64,000 nucleotides of DNA from Escherichia coli (GTDB lineage Bacteria > Pseudomonadota > Gammaproteobacteria > Enterobacterales > Enterobacteriaceae): NCBI RefSeq assembly GCF_003991155.1, contig NZ_CP031293.1. The stretch is one strand, 5' to 3'. Within the stretch, counting starts at the first letter, position 1. Each line of letters begins with the position of its first letter. The notes under the pieces are model-generated. The model ran no database searches and had not been told where the DNA came from. It saw nothing but the letters and a program-made list of their open reading frames with translations. A program made the translations under genes and the position numbers. Of the stretch, positions 30,172 to 40,746 are shown one piece after another.

Positions 30172-31605
30172 ATGAAAGTAACGCTGCCAGAGTTTGAACG
30201 TGCAGGAGTGATGGTGGTTGGTGATGTGATGCTGGATCGTTACTGGTACGGTCCCACCAGCCGTATCTCGCCGGAAGCGCCGGTGCCCGTGGTTAAAGTG
30301 AATACCATCGAAGAACGTCCGGGCGGCGCGGCTAACGTGGCGATGAATATCGCTTCTCTCGGTGCTAATGCACGCCTGGTCGGGTTGACGGGCATTGACG
30401 ATGCGGCGCGCGCGCTGAGTAAATCTCTGGCCGACGTCAACGTCAAATGCGACTTCGTTTCTGTACCGACGCATCCGACCATCACCAAATTACGGGTACT
30501 TTCCCGCAACCAACAGCTGATCCGTCTGGATTTTGAAGAAGGTTTCGAAGGGGTTGATCCGCAGCCGCTGCACGAGCGGATTAATCAGGCGCTGAGTTCG
30601 ATTGGCGCGCTGGTGCTCTCTGACTACGCCAAAGGTGCGCTGGCAAGCGTGCAGCAGATGATCCAACTGGCGCGTAAAGCGGGCGTTCCGGTGCTGATTG
30701 ATCCAAAAGGTACCGATTTTGAGCGCTACCGCGGCGCTACGCTGTTAACGCCGAATCTCTCGGAATTTGAAGCTGTTGTCGGTAAATGTAAGACCGAAGA
30801 AGAGATTGTTGAGCGCGGCATGAAACTGATTGCCGATTACGAACTCTCGGCTCTGTTAGTGACCCGTTCCGAACAGGGTATGTCGCTGCTGCAACCGGGT
30901 AAAGCGCCGCTGCATATGCCAACCCAGGCGCAGGAAGTGTATGACGTTACCGGTGCGGGCGACACGGTGATTGGCGTCCTGGCGGCAACGCTGGCAGCGG
31001 GTAATTCGCTGGAAGAAGCCTGTTTCTTTGCCAATGCGGCGGCTGGTGTGGTGGTCGGCAAACTGGGGACATCCACGGTTTCGCCGATCGAGCTGGAAAA
31101 CGCAGTACGTGGACGTGCAGATACCGGCTTTGGCGTGATGACCGAAGAGGAACTGAAGCTTGCTGTAGCGGCAGCGCGTAAACGCGGTGAAAAAGTGGTG
31201 ATGACCAATGGCGTCTTTGACATCCTGCACGCCGGACACGTCTCTTATCTGGCAAATGCCCGTAAACTGGGTGACCGTTTGATTGTCGCCGTCAACAGCG
31301 ATGCCTCCACCAAACGGCTGAAAGGGGATTCCCGCCCCGTTAACCCGCTCGAACAGCGTATGATTGTGCTGGGCGCACTGGAAGCGGTCGACTGGGTGGT
31401 GTCGTTTGAAGAAGACACGCCGCAGCGCTTGATCGCCGGGATCCTGCCAGACCTGCTGGTGAAAGGCGGCGATTATAAACCAGAAGAGATTGCCGGGAGT
31501 AAAGAAGTCTGGGCCAATGGTGGCGAAGTGCTGGTGCTCAACTTTGAAGACGGTTGCTCGACCACTAACATTATCAAGAAGATCCAACAGGATAAAAAAG
31601 GCTAA
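30172..31605 (+). CDS. hldE: Bifunctional D-beta-D-heptose 7-phosphate kinase / heptose 1-phosphate adenylyltransferase
   Basis: 477 aa [27 protein letters not shown]... Confidence 0.95.
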
Positions 31606-31694
31606 CCGGAAAGCGCTTCACAGTTCTCGCGTTGTGCCGGATAGACCTATTGACGCTGTTGTTTTTTCAACCTAAAGTAAAGGAACAAGGGTAA

Positions 31695-31830
31695 GGGAGG
31701 ATTTCTCCCCCCTCTGATGAGTTGTTAGTAAGTCGGGAAACTTAACAGTAACAACACAACCAGTATGATGACGAACTTCATCATAACCCTTTCCTTCTAT
31801 AAGGCCCCTTCCTCGGGAGGGGCTTTCCCG
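31695..31830 (+). ncRNA. sib: Sib-type antisense RNA (type I antitoxin) overlapping the ibs toxin ORF; ends at hairpin gcccct-tcctcggg-aggggc + ttt
   Basis: Fully antisense to the 19-codon ibs ORF; terminator-like hairpin at 31806-31825; location between hldE and yqiK matches the known sibD/sibE locus; exact ends not determinable by eye. Confidence 0.5.
31725..31784 (-). CDS. ibs: Ibs-family type I toxin, 19-aa hydrophobic peptide MMKFVIILVVLLLLSFPTY
   Basis: Manual translation of minus strand; ATG-ATG start, 19 hydrophobic codons, TAA stop; too short for the ORF track. Confidence 0.75.
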   Translation of the reverse strand: MMKFVIILVVLLLLSFPTY

Positions 31831-32023
31831 TTTCAGCCCCTTGCTGACTCCCCGATTGTTGATGAGCGCCGGACTCCGCGCAACGCTTTCCCAGAGGCAG
31901 TTTTGCCTTCCCCGAGCAGTCACGCAAAACGCTGCAACAGCCTGATCATTTGCACCTTTTTGCGGAACGCAGATATAAAAAATCCCCGGCTTTTTGGGCC
32001 AGGGATTATTCATAGAAGAGGGT

Positions 32024-33685
32024 TTACTCTGTTTTTTCTTCGACGGGAGTTGTTGAGGTTAAGGGGGAAGTCAATGCCGCCAGTGAGCCGCCTGAAACGC
32101 CAATTTCATTGAGCAAGGAGTCAATCAGTGGTGCCTGTGTGCGGTAAGAGAGTGCGGCTGATAATGCTTGTTCCGCCAGGTTTCCGCCCCCCACATTACC
32201 CGTGTTTGCATCCCCCGCAATACCACCACGATTCAGACCATCGACCTGAATAATCTTGATACCGTCAATGGACTTCATTGGTTCCACGGATTTCTCAATT
32301 ACCGCAGGTAGCGCCTGCAACAAGGCCAGTTTGAATTTAAGGCTGGTTTGTTCGTCAGAAAGTACGTTGATAGCATCGTTCAGCGCACGTTGTGCTTCTG
32401 CTTCCGCCAGGCCTTTTTTACGCGTAGCTTCGGCTAACTCAACGATCGCCGCCGCCTGCATCTCTGCGGCTTCTTTTTCTGCTTTCGCCCGCACGGTCAG
32501 TTCAACCGCTTTGGTTTCTGCATCCTGTGCTGCGGCAATCAGCGCCACCTGCTTGGCACGATCGGCTTCTGCGGTCTGGCGAGTGGTTTCAACGTTTTGT
32601 TGGGCGCTTACTGCTTCTGCGAGTGCAAGGTTAGCACGCGCTTCTGCCTGGGACTGTTGTTCCGATTTGGCGGCAATAGCGATCGATTTCGTCTGGTTAG
32701 CGATTTCGGTGACCTGCTGCTGTTCGATTTCTTTAATGCGAACTTCACGTTCAGCTTCAACTTTTCTGGAACGGACGGCCTGTTCGCGGTCGATTTCTGT
32801 TTCCTGAATCTGTCGTTCAGCCAGAATTCGCGTCTGCTCTGCTTCACGACGACGTTCAGCTTCAAAAGCCGCAATTTTCGCATTCTGCTCAGCGGTACGG
32901 GTTTTAACCTGCTGCTCCTGCTCAAGCGTCATAAACGCTTCTTGCTGTTCAATCTCCAGCTTGCGCGAAAGCGCATCACGGTTTTTCTCACGCACCGCAA
33001 CTTCTACATCCTGTTCAACTTCGTTACGTTCGCGACGACGGCGCTCCGTCTCCTGCGTCAGCTTGGTTAAACCTTCGGCGTCAAAGGCGTTGTTAGGATT
33101 GAAATGTTCTTTCGACGTCTGGTTAAAGTTGGTAAGTGAAACGCTTTCCAGTTCCAGGCCGTTTTTTGACAGATCTTCAGCAACGGTATTTTGTACGCCC
33201 TGCACGAAGTTCTCGCGGGTATCCTGTAACTCATGCATGGTCATTTGCGCAGCTGTTGCACGGAGGGCATCGACAAATTTATCTTCAACCAGCATACGTA
33301 AGTCTTCAGGCGACAGGGTGCGTTGCCCCAGCGTCTGGGCGGCGGTGGCAATACCTTCCACTGACGGTTTTACCCGCACAAAGAAAGCGACAACGACATC
33401 GACGCGCATACGATCTTTCGTAATCAGGCTATCAATGGTTGAGCGGCTGACTTCCAGCTTCAGAGTATTCATATTGATGGGGATTATTTCATGAAAGATC
33501 GGCATCACGATTGCGCCACCGCTCATTACCACTTTTTGCCCACCTAAACCAGTACGAACAAAAGCTTGCTCTGCCGAAGCGCGACGATAGAGCCTGGCGA
33601 AAATAATTCCAATAATAAACAGAATGCATACGGCAATAATCGCGGTAAACATCCAGGAGGGCACAGAATTAACAATATCATCCAT
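32024..33685 (-). CDS. yqiK: Flotillin/band-7 (SPFH) family inner-membrane protein with long E/A/Q-rich coiled coil
   Basis: 553 aa; N-terminal TM, SPFH domain, low-complexity charged repeats. Confidence 0.88.
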   Translation of the reverse strand: MDDIVNSVPSWMFTAIIAVCILFIIGIIFARLYRRASAEQAFVRTGLGGQKVVMSGGAIVMPIFHEIIPINMNTLKLEVSRSTIDSLITKDRMRVDVVVAFFVRVKPSVEGIATAAQTLGQRTLSPEDLRMLVEDKFVDALRATAAQMTMHELQDTRENFVQGVQNTVAEDLSKNGLELESVSLTNFNQTSKEHFNPNNAFDAEGLTKLTQETERRRRERNEVEQDVEVAVREKNRDALSRKLEIEQQEAFMTLEQEQQVKTRTAEQNAKIAAFEAERRREAEQTRILAERQIQETEIDREQAVRSRKVEAEREVRIKEIEQQQVTEIANQTKSIAIAAKSEQQSQAEARANLALAEAVSAQQNVETTRQTAEADRAKQVALIAAAQDAETKAVELTVRAKAEKEAAEMQAAAIVELAEATRKKGLAEAEAQRALNDAINVLSDEQTSLKFKLALLQALPAVIEKSVEPMKSIDGIKIIQVDGLNRGGIAGDANTGNVGGGNLAEQALSAALSYRTQAPLIDSLLNEIGVSGGSLAALTSPLTSTTPVEEKTE

Positions 33686-33711
33686 TATTAAATTTCCTTT
33701 TGATTAATAAA

Positions 33712-34341
33712 TTACAATATTTGGGGCCAGGGATTGTTTTCCGCCAAATATCGAGTTGCAGAAAGTCGGCAAATAATTAACACTTTGTCTCCTTTAGTGA
33801 AAATTTTTCCTTCTTCAGGCTCCAGTAGTAAATAATGTATTTGGCCAAATTGATCGGTGAGTTTTCCTTCGCAGGGATTACCTGAAGTGGCTTGATGACC
33901 GGTAATTAACGCCATGCTACCAATATATTCTTCTTCTGTAATAGCTGAACTATGGTCGCGTGGAATCCAGGGCGCAACTATTTTACCGGTATAATGCACC
34001 GCAATAATCGTAAACAGTAAACTGACAGGAACCACGAACAGGTTCGACAGTGGTGATTGCCAGACCATGATGCAGGCATGCTGCAACAGGATGCCAATAA
34101 GACCAAAAAAACCAGCCAGTAAGCAGAGAACGACGAGAGCTGGCAATCTTCCAATATTGAGATAATGAAGTGCCTGGCTAATATGACCTGTGGTTATAGA
34201 ATCATAATGGTCAAGATGTGCATCAAGAGCACCGGAGAGCATGTGACCGCAGATAAGCGCAAAAATTTCTAACAGGCCGATCAACAGTACAAAGGAAATA
34301 GCGAAAAGATAAGGGGTGTTATAGTCGGCGAATAAAATCAT
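33712..34341 (-). CDS. yqiJ: NfeD-like inner-membrane protein partner of YqiK
   Basis: 209 aa polytopic membrane protein with C-terminal OB-like segment; operon with yqiK. Confidence 0.85.
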
Positions 34342-34609
34342 ATATCACTCCAATGTCCATTTAGTGACGCAATATTTACTTTGTAATAGTTTCCTTGCTT
34401 ACATTTATCTGTGTTAATAATAACACAGGTTAGAGAAGTTCTGGAAGAGAAAGTCTTTTAATATGGTTTTTTATTTTTCACTAAAAAGTGTGATCGGGGA
34501 CAATATATTTACGCACGTTATGTTTAAAGGCACTACACTGATTGGGGAATACTGAAATCAGAAAAAGCATATGGCCTTAAAAGGTATGCGATAACCGGAG
34601 GATGTGCTT

Positions 34610-34810
34610 ATGGATCATAGTCTTAATTCTTTAAATAATTTCGATTTCCTGGCGCGTAGTTTTGCCAGAATGCACGCAGAAGGTCGCCCGGTCGATATTC
34701 TGGCCGTTACTGGTAACATGGATGAAGAACATAGAACCTGGTTTTGCGCACGTTATGCCTGGTATTGTCAACAGATGATGCAGGCAAGAGAGCTGGAGTT
34801 AGAGCACTGA
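34610..34810 (+). CDS. glgS: Small surface-composition regulator GlgS (66 aa)
   Basis: [66 protein letters not shown]. Confidence 0.9.
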
Positions 34811-34852
34811 TATAACGGGCCTGATGGCCCGTTTTAGTGTTTGTATTAGATA

Positions 34853-35917
34853 CTAGTTATAGGTGATTTTCAGGATTACGTCTTTACTAAACGGTCCCTC
34901 AACAACCGTTTCTGCCGGGTTCGCACTCAGTTCTGCCCTGAATGGTGCGGTGACCGAAGGCGCACTAGACGATGAAAAAGAAGCAAATTGTGAGAAGCGG
35001 TTAAATTCCGTTGCTGTTCCATCGTTATGAAATATCTTCAATAGCAGACCATTACCTATATCCAGATGGCTATAATCACTCAAAATATCCGTAGTGAAAA
35101 AACTCCCTAAAATATTAAACTGCTCAGTACAGGCCGCACCCGGATCTTTGGTCATGACTACGCTAAACGTCTCACTCACGCTGGTATTTTTAATTGTTCG
35201 GGAATTTATTTTACCAAAGTCGACAACGCCATCAGCTGGTTCCAGATCAACATTAACAAAGCAGTCAAGGACATGAATGTTATTTAATCCGCGAATCCTG
35301 AAGGTCAGATTTTTATCTACTTCTATAGCACCTGCTCCGCTCATACCTTTAAATTCAAGTGTTATATATTCGTCAGGTAATACAAGTTTTTTATTTACTT
35401 TATTGGCATTTTTAGCTAGCTTAATATATAGCTGCACTCGTACTGGAAAAGTTACTGATAATTGCGGTTCAGGACCGCCACTACAGACTGCGGGCTTTTT
35501 GTAGCCATTCCCGAAGGTTCCGGCTCCTTTTATATCAATACATACAGGTGCTGCAATAGGTAGTGGAGATGTAGAATCATAATCAACCCCATTATAAGTT
35601 ACACCGAAAGTATAAGAGTTTTGATTATAAAAGTCTTGACCTGATGCTAACAACATCATTATATTTGCCCATGCAGATGGGGATTCTTCTCCTGGAGATG
35701 GGCCTGGTAGTGCATTATTACAGAAAACATTCATAAAATATTCACTGCTTTGCCAGATTTTATCACCTTTTTTACCATCGCTGGGGATAGAGATTCTTGG
35801 TACGTAACCAATGACAACGGTATTTCCACCTTCATGTTCAGCATAGCAGTCCATTGCCCATGCAGGTAATGAACTAAAACCCATAAAAAAAGTAATAACA
35901 ATTAACAAGTAGCGCAT
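34853..35917 (-). CDS. yqiI: Fimbrial adhesin-like protein (chaperone-usher tip subunit)
   Basis: 354 aa with signal peptide; last gene of usher operon; low GC. Confidence 0.8.
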   Translation of the reverse strand: MRYLLIVITFFMGFSSLPAWAMDCYAEHEGGNTVVIGYVPRISIPSDGKKGDKIWQSSEYFMNVFCNNALPGPSPGEESPSAWANIMMLLASGQDFYNQNSYTFGVTYNGVDYDSTSPLPIAAPVCIDIKGAGTFGNGYKKPAVCSGGPEPQLSVTFPVRVQLYIKLAKNANKVNKKLVLPDEYITLEFKGMSGAGAIEVDKNLTFRIRGLNNIHVLDCFVNVDLEPADGVVDFGKINSRTIKNTSVSETFSVVMTKDPGAACTEQFNILGSFFTTDILSDYSHLDIGNGLLLKIFHNDGTATEFNRFSQFASFSSSSAPSVTAPFRAELSANPAETVVEGPFSKDVILKITYN

Positions 35918-35918
35918 A

Positions 35919-36668
35919 TTATTGATCTCGGTTGGCTACAGAAATATTACAAATGTTATTTACTACAGGGCAGTTTATTTCATAAAAACTTAATCCACCA
36001 AAGTCATTGATATAACCCACCTGAAAAGTTGACGGAACATTTTTAAACTGCGTATTTGCATAGCTAAAAGGGGTTACCATTAAGCTTTGCGTTTGTGGTA
36101 ACATCGTTACCCCATTTGTTCCGATATAACCCAGCGTAACGTGATAAGGCATCTTATTGTTAAAGCGGATCGAACCGTCATTTCTACGAATGATTTCAAC
36201 TTTTTCGTAAGTCATTACCCCATCGTCTTCTAATTCAATGGCTTTTGGCCGCCAGAATAGTTTCAATGCGTGCTGCATAGTGACTTGCATCACATTTTTT
36301 TTATCTGTTTTGGGCGGTATTTCTCGCACGTTAAAATAGAAGAGCGTTTCTCTGTCTTTAGGAAGTTGAGCAATTTTTTCCTGAGTTATCATTCTTATTT
36401 GAATTTGCTCACTGGGATTTAAACGCACCATTGGAGGAACAGTGACAATAAAGTCACGCGATTTATTGCCTTTCGTATCTTCTATCCATGTTTGGGCCAG
36501 ATAGGGCAGGTTTTTACTTTGATTAGTAAGTTTTAATGCTTCGCCTTTATCTGACTCATTCATTATGATACGGGTACGATCCGGGATGATGGCACCCCAG
36601 GCAATGCTGCTCATACAGGAGAGTAATACTCCTGCTGCAATGATATTCTTTGTATTTAAGTAGCGCAT
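35919..36668 (-). CDS. yqiH: Periplasmic fimbrial chaperone (PapD-like)
   Basis: About 249 aa, signal peptide, PapD-like fold; ORF track start at 36677. Confidence 0.82.
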   Translation of the reverse strand: MRYLNTKNIIAAGVLLSCMSSIAWGAIIPDRTRIIMNESDKGEALKLTNQSKNLPYLAQTWIEDTKGNKSRDFIVTVPPMVRLNPSEQIQIRMITQEKIAQLPKDRETLFYFNVREIPPKTDKKNVMQVTMQHALKLFWRPKAIELEDDGVMTYEKVEIIRRNDGSIRFNNKMPYHVTLGYIGTNGVTMLPQTQSLMVTPFSYANTQFKNVPSTFQVGYINDFGGLSFYEINCPVVNNICNISVANRDQ

Positions 36669-36683
36669 TAGTTTCATCCTGAA

Positions 36684-39197
36684 TTAATTTTGGCTAATAC
36701 ACGGTAAAATAGCCGTTCCGGTGGTTAAGTTGCTGCTATTGGGTGGTTGAATAAAACAAGATTTGTCACCCCAGCGTAAAGCAAGTTTGTTATCATCCTG
36801 AATGCCGTTGAGGTATACAAAGCCGCCATCAGCAACCAGTCCTAATTCTTTGTGGCTGGTTTCATCTTTTACGCTAATCCCCAGTGGTGGATGACTACCA
36901 TCTGCCAGGCGAATAACCCCTATGATTTGGTAGCCCTTGCGGGTATCAAGTTTGGCGTAGCCAATAGCACCCTCGGTTAAGGTGGTGGTGATAACCGAGT
37001 TTTCGATATCCACATTTTCTGGCAGATTTCGGGTATCAACACTTAATGATGTTGTTATGTAACTGCTGACTGATGGAATAACTCCGATGCCATACCGATT
37101 AGTTACCGCGCGTTTATTGTTCAACGGAATATCTTCAGTGCCGTCTGCGTCGATCATAAAACGCGAGTCAGCACTACCGCTATAGTCGTGGAAAGCGGCA
37201 CCGTGGCGAGTCGCAGTGAATGAACCATTCCAACTGGCATTCAGAGAATAATAACTGTCTCGCTGTGATGTACCGGAGAGGTAGAGTCGACCGTTCTCGG
37301 TATTATGCTGATAACTGGCGCGTAGTGACGCTTTCATATCTTTGAATTCATCATTGTCGCCTGAAGCAGAAACGCTCCAGGAATTATTTCGATCGGAAGA
37401 GTCATACCACGAAGCAGTATGCGAAATCTCATTATCCTGATTTCGTTGCATACCATAGCTCAATGTTCTACTAGTTCCCCAGGGAATCGAAATATTTAGG
37501 TACAGTTGATCCTGGTTGTCTTCTTCCCAGTTTATTCGGCTAAATGTTAGAGAAGTGGAGACGTTTTTTAATGGCCCGATATCAAAATCGCGGCTAAGTG
37601 ATAATGAATAATTCACATTACTGCTGGCGTCCCAGTAAGTATTACGAGCCAAACTTACGTATGTATTTAACCTTAATGATTCAAGATACTGGTTAAACGT
37701 GACAATATAACTCTCTTTTTCATTCTGATAATTCGTGTAATGGTTAGTGTCATTGATATATTCATTCATTGTCACAAAGTTTTTATCAGAGAAACGGTAA
37801 CCAGCGAAAGTGAGCTGGCTACCGGTAGATTCAAAACGTTTTGAATAGTTAGCGCGGTAGCTATAACCCGTTTCTTTATCCTGATTATGCAACTGAGCAT
37901 CAGATCGTGTGACATCAAAAGATAATGAACCTAATGAGTTAAGGTTAAAACCAACGCCGGCAGCCAGAGATTGATAATCACGGTTTGTTAAAACTGAACC
38001 ACCATACAGGGATACATTGTTCAGCCACCCCCATGAGAATTCACCAGTCCAGAAGAAGGGTTGTTGTAAGGAATCACCACCAACGCTGGTCGGTTTACCC
38101 ATAGCAGTGGTGTAGCGAATCTGCCCTTTACGCGTCAGATAAGGAATACTATTAGATGCAACTTGCCATTGCGTAACGCGTCCGTCCTCTTCTTCAACCT
38201 TGACGTCAAGTTGCCCCTGTAATGTATTGAATAAATTGGTAATAGCAAATGGGCCTGGAGGAACATTTTCTTGATAAATAATACGGTTGTTCTGTGAGAC
38301 AGTGACCTTTGCATTCGTTTGTGCGACACCCGTGATTTGCGGTGCGTAACCACGTAGGTCTGGCGGTAACATATTCTCATCGCTTTTCAACGAAATGCCA
38401 GAAAAATGGAAAGAGTCGAAAATAGAGGATTCAGTATCGTATTGACCTATAGTTAGTTTTGCATTCATTGCTGGGATTGGGCGAAACAAATAAATACGCG
38501 GAAAATCCAGGTTGGTCGCCTGGCTTTTGCCATTGTTAAATGACTGATCGTACTGGTAATCAGTACGCAGGCGCCAGGCCCCAAGATTAACCCCAGCCTG
38601 CCCATAGGAACTTATATTTTGCGAATTATCGCCCTGATGTGGTGCATAATGAGAGGCATATAAATTGTAGTCAAGAAATGCCCCAGCAATACCATGATTC
38701 CAAAGTTCAGGAGGCGTCCAGTTTGCATCTTTGTATTTTAACCATGCCTGAGGTGCAGATATGGATAATTGCATTTTCCCTTTATCGAGATAAGTTGTAA
38801 TTTGTTTTTCTTTTTCGATAGGGTAACAACCATCGATCAGGTTTTGCTGAGTTTTTTCAATAAATTCATCAGTAAATCCTAATAATGTTAATTGCTCTGG
38901 TGTCACGCAAACTGCAGTTTGGTTATCAATTAATACCCATTGGAGGTCAAGGTGGATTGGCGTCCTCTTATTATTAATCAGAGTGCTTAGTGAATATTTG
39001 CCGACGGGTAATTGGCCATCAGTTTCAAATTGGGAAAGGTTAACGTTTTCACGATCTTCGGCTTCGATTAAATCTTTGTTGAATTCAACGGCATAAGCTG
39101 ACGCACAACCAATGATGATAACGGATAATGAACAATAAATATTTTTAATCAATTCGCTTATTGTGGTTAATTTTAATTTTTTATACATCTGATCCAC
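36684..39197 (-). CDS. yqiG: Outer-membrane fimbrial usher, intact reading frame
   Basis: 837-aa uninterrupted ORF with usher-type beta-barrel sequence; exact start uncertain. Confidence 0.85.
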   Translation of the reverse strand: MDQMYKKLKLTTISELIKNIYCSLSVIIIGCASAYAVEFNKDLIEAEDRENVNLSQFETDGQLPVGKYSLSTLINNKRTPIHLDLQWVLIDNQTAVCVTPEQLTLLGFTDEFIEKTQQNLIDGCYPIEKEKQITTYLDKGKMQLSISAPQAWLKYKDANWTPPELWNHGIAGAFLDYNLYASHYAPHQGDNSQNISSYGQAGVNLGAWRLRTDYQYDQSFNNGKSQATNLDFPRIYLFRPIPAMNAKLTIGQYDTESSIFDSFHFSGISLKSDENMLPPDLRGYAPQITGVAQTNAKVTVSQNNRIIYQENVPPGPFAITNLFNTLQGQLDVKVEEEDGRVTQWQVASNSIPYLTRKGQIRYTTAMGKPTSVGGDSLQQPFFWTGEFSWGWLNNVSLYGGSVLTNRDYQSLAAGVGFNLNSLGSLSFDVTRSDAQLHNQDKETGYSYRANYSKRFESTGSQLTFAGYRFSDKNFVTMNEYINDTNHYTNYQNEKESYIVTFNQYLESLRLNTYVSLARNTYWDASSNVNYSLSLSRDFDIGPLKNVSTSLTFSRINWEEDNQDQLYLNISIPWGTSRTLSYGMQRNQDNEISHTASWYDSSDRNNSWSVSASGDNDEFKDMKASLRASYQHNTENGRLYLSGTSQRDSYYSLNASWNGSFTATRHGAAFHDYSGSADSRFMIDADGTEDIPLNNKRAVTNRYGIGVIPSVSSYITTSLSVDTRNLPENVDIENSVITTTLTEGAIGYAKLDTRKGYQIIGVIRLADGSHPPLGISVKDETSHKELGLVADGGFVYLNGIQDDNKLALRWGDKSCFIQPPNSSNLTTGTAILPCISQN

Positions 39198-39247
39198 TTA
39201 TCATTAATCCGTTAATGATGTGGCCGGGCGAACCCGGCCAAATGCGA

Positions 39248-39799
39248 TTACTCGTAAGCAATCTTGTAGTCAGCCTGAGCGTAAACGTTGCCCGGGGTGG
39301 CATCTTTGCTTGGGGATTCCATACGAGCTTTGAAATTCAGTTCCTGATAGCTGTTGGTATTGTTGAACGTAATTACTACCGGAGTACCTAAAGTTACTTC
39401 GCCGCTCTGGCTGTCCAGAATACGTACGCCAACGCCAGTGGCGCCGCCGATTTCAGTTTCTTTGGTATTTTTCAGAAGATCAGACTGACCCGTCATGGTA
39501 TTTGCTGTAGTGAAAGTAACCTTCGCTTTTGAATAAGTAGTTCCACCCTGACTCAGCATGCAGTCCTGCAGGTGAATAGTGAAAGGTTCAGCCAAAGATT
39601 TCTGATCGCTTTTCAGTACGGTATCTGCTACTTCACCCAGATTTACAGTTAAATCTTCGTCACCTGGTTTAATAGAACATGGAGCAGAGATAACTTCACC
39701 TTTAAATTTAACAATACCGTGACCTTCATCAGCAAACACGTTATTGGAAAGAATCATTGCTACGCCAGCAACAAGAAGTGACTTTTTAAAAGCGGACAT
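39248..39799 (-). CDS. ygiL: Fimbrial major subunit-like protein
   Basis: 183 aa, signal peptide, fimbrial subunit C-terminal beta-strand. Confidence 0.82.
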   Translation of the reverse strand: MSAFKKSLLVAGVAMILSNNVFADEGHGIVKFKGEVISAPCSIKPGDEDLTVNLGEVADTVLKSDQKSLAEPFTIHLQDCMLSQGGTTYSKAKVTFTTANTMTGQSDLLKNTKETEIGGATGVGVRILDSQSGEVTLGTPVVITFNNTNSYQELNFKARMESPSKDATPGNVYAQADYKIAYE

Positions 39800-40082
39800 A
39801 ATATTCCTTTATATAAAGATAAGTAGAAAAGAGAATGATTAGTAACTGTTATTTAAGGACTGCTAATCATTGAAATATGATATTTTATTTTGTGTTTTTT
39901 ATAAAATTAGTTTATCTAAATATCGATTAAGTAAAACTTAAAAAATACATTGCAATTATACTTTCAATTGTACTCATTCATTTTTGTGATGGTTTTCTGA
40001 ATGGGATTACGCGATAAGGTAATAGAAAGCACTATAAATTAGAGGATTAATTCATAATTTACAGTGCATTAAAGACGAATGT

Positions 40083-40373
40083 TTACAGCGTTGGGGGGAG
40101 AGTCTCTGGATCTGGCTGCTTTTTGATCTCAGTACTGCGATTTTCCAGTTCGCTGATTCTTTGTTCAAGCAGCGCCAGTTTTTCACGAGTCCGTAACAGG
40201 ACTTGCGTTTGGACGTCGAACTCTTCACGGCTTACAAGGTCGAGGCGCGTCAGCTGCGCTTGTAGGGTTTGGCGGATTTTTTTCTCCACATCTTCCCCGA
40301 ACTCCCTGATTCCTTTAGGCATTGATTCGTGAACCTGGCGAGCGATTTGCTCAATTTTTTTCGGGTCAATCAT
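40083..40373 (-). CDS. ubiK: Ubiquinone biosynthesis accessory factor UbiK (BMFP family coiled-coil protein)
   Basis: 96 aa from [21 protein letters not shown]...; ORF track start 40433 is an upstream extension. Confidence 0.85.
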
Positions 40374-40494
40374 TGTAGTTTCCCTGTACTGATAGGTGTT
40401 GAGTGCCATTGTAGTGCGATAAGGGTAAGTCATAAACCAGAATTATGTGAAGCTATGCGTTGCTGCCGCTAATCATTAGCGTTATAGTGAATCC

Positions 40495-40700
40495 GCTTAT
40501 TCTCAGGGCGGGGCGAAATTCCCCACCGGCGGTAAATCAACTCAGTTGAAAGCCCGCGAGCGCTTTGGGTGCGAACTCAAAGGACAGCAGATCCGGTGTA
40601 ATTCCGGGGCCGACGGTTAGAGTCCGGATGGGAGAGAGTAACGATTCTGTCGGGCATGGACCCGCTCACGTTATTTTGGCTATATGCCGCCACTCCTAAG
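40495..40700 (+). promoter_or_regulatory. FMN riboswitch (RFN element) in ribB leader
   Basis: Conserved RFN core ...agggcggggcgaaattccccaccggcggtaaatcaactcagttgaaagcccgcgagcgctttgggtgcgaactcaaaggacagcagatccggtgtaattccggggccgacggttagagtccggatgggagagagtaacg... upstream of ribB. Confidence 0.85.
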
Positions 40701-40746
40701 ACTGCCCTGATTCTGGTAACCATAATTTTAGTGAGGTTTTTTTACC

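Noticed and set aside
30856-31587. 243-aa minus-strand ORF inside hldE
   Set aside because: Antisense to a confidently identified, highly conserved gene
31765-32112. 115-aa plus-strand ORF (MMTNFIITLSFYKAPSS...) in the hldE-yqiK spacer
   Set aside because: It runs antisense through the ibs toxin ORF and into yqiK; the region is better explained by the ibs/sib module and terminator hairpins
32256-33494. Multiple plus-strand ORFs (183, 157, 177 aa) opposite yqiK
   Set aside because: They lie in the low-complexity coiled-coil coding region of yqiK, and translations are Ser/Ala/Leu-rich with no domain signature
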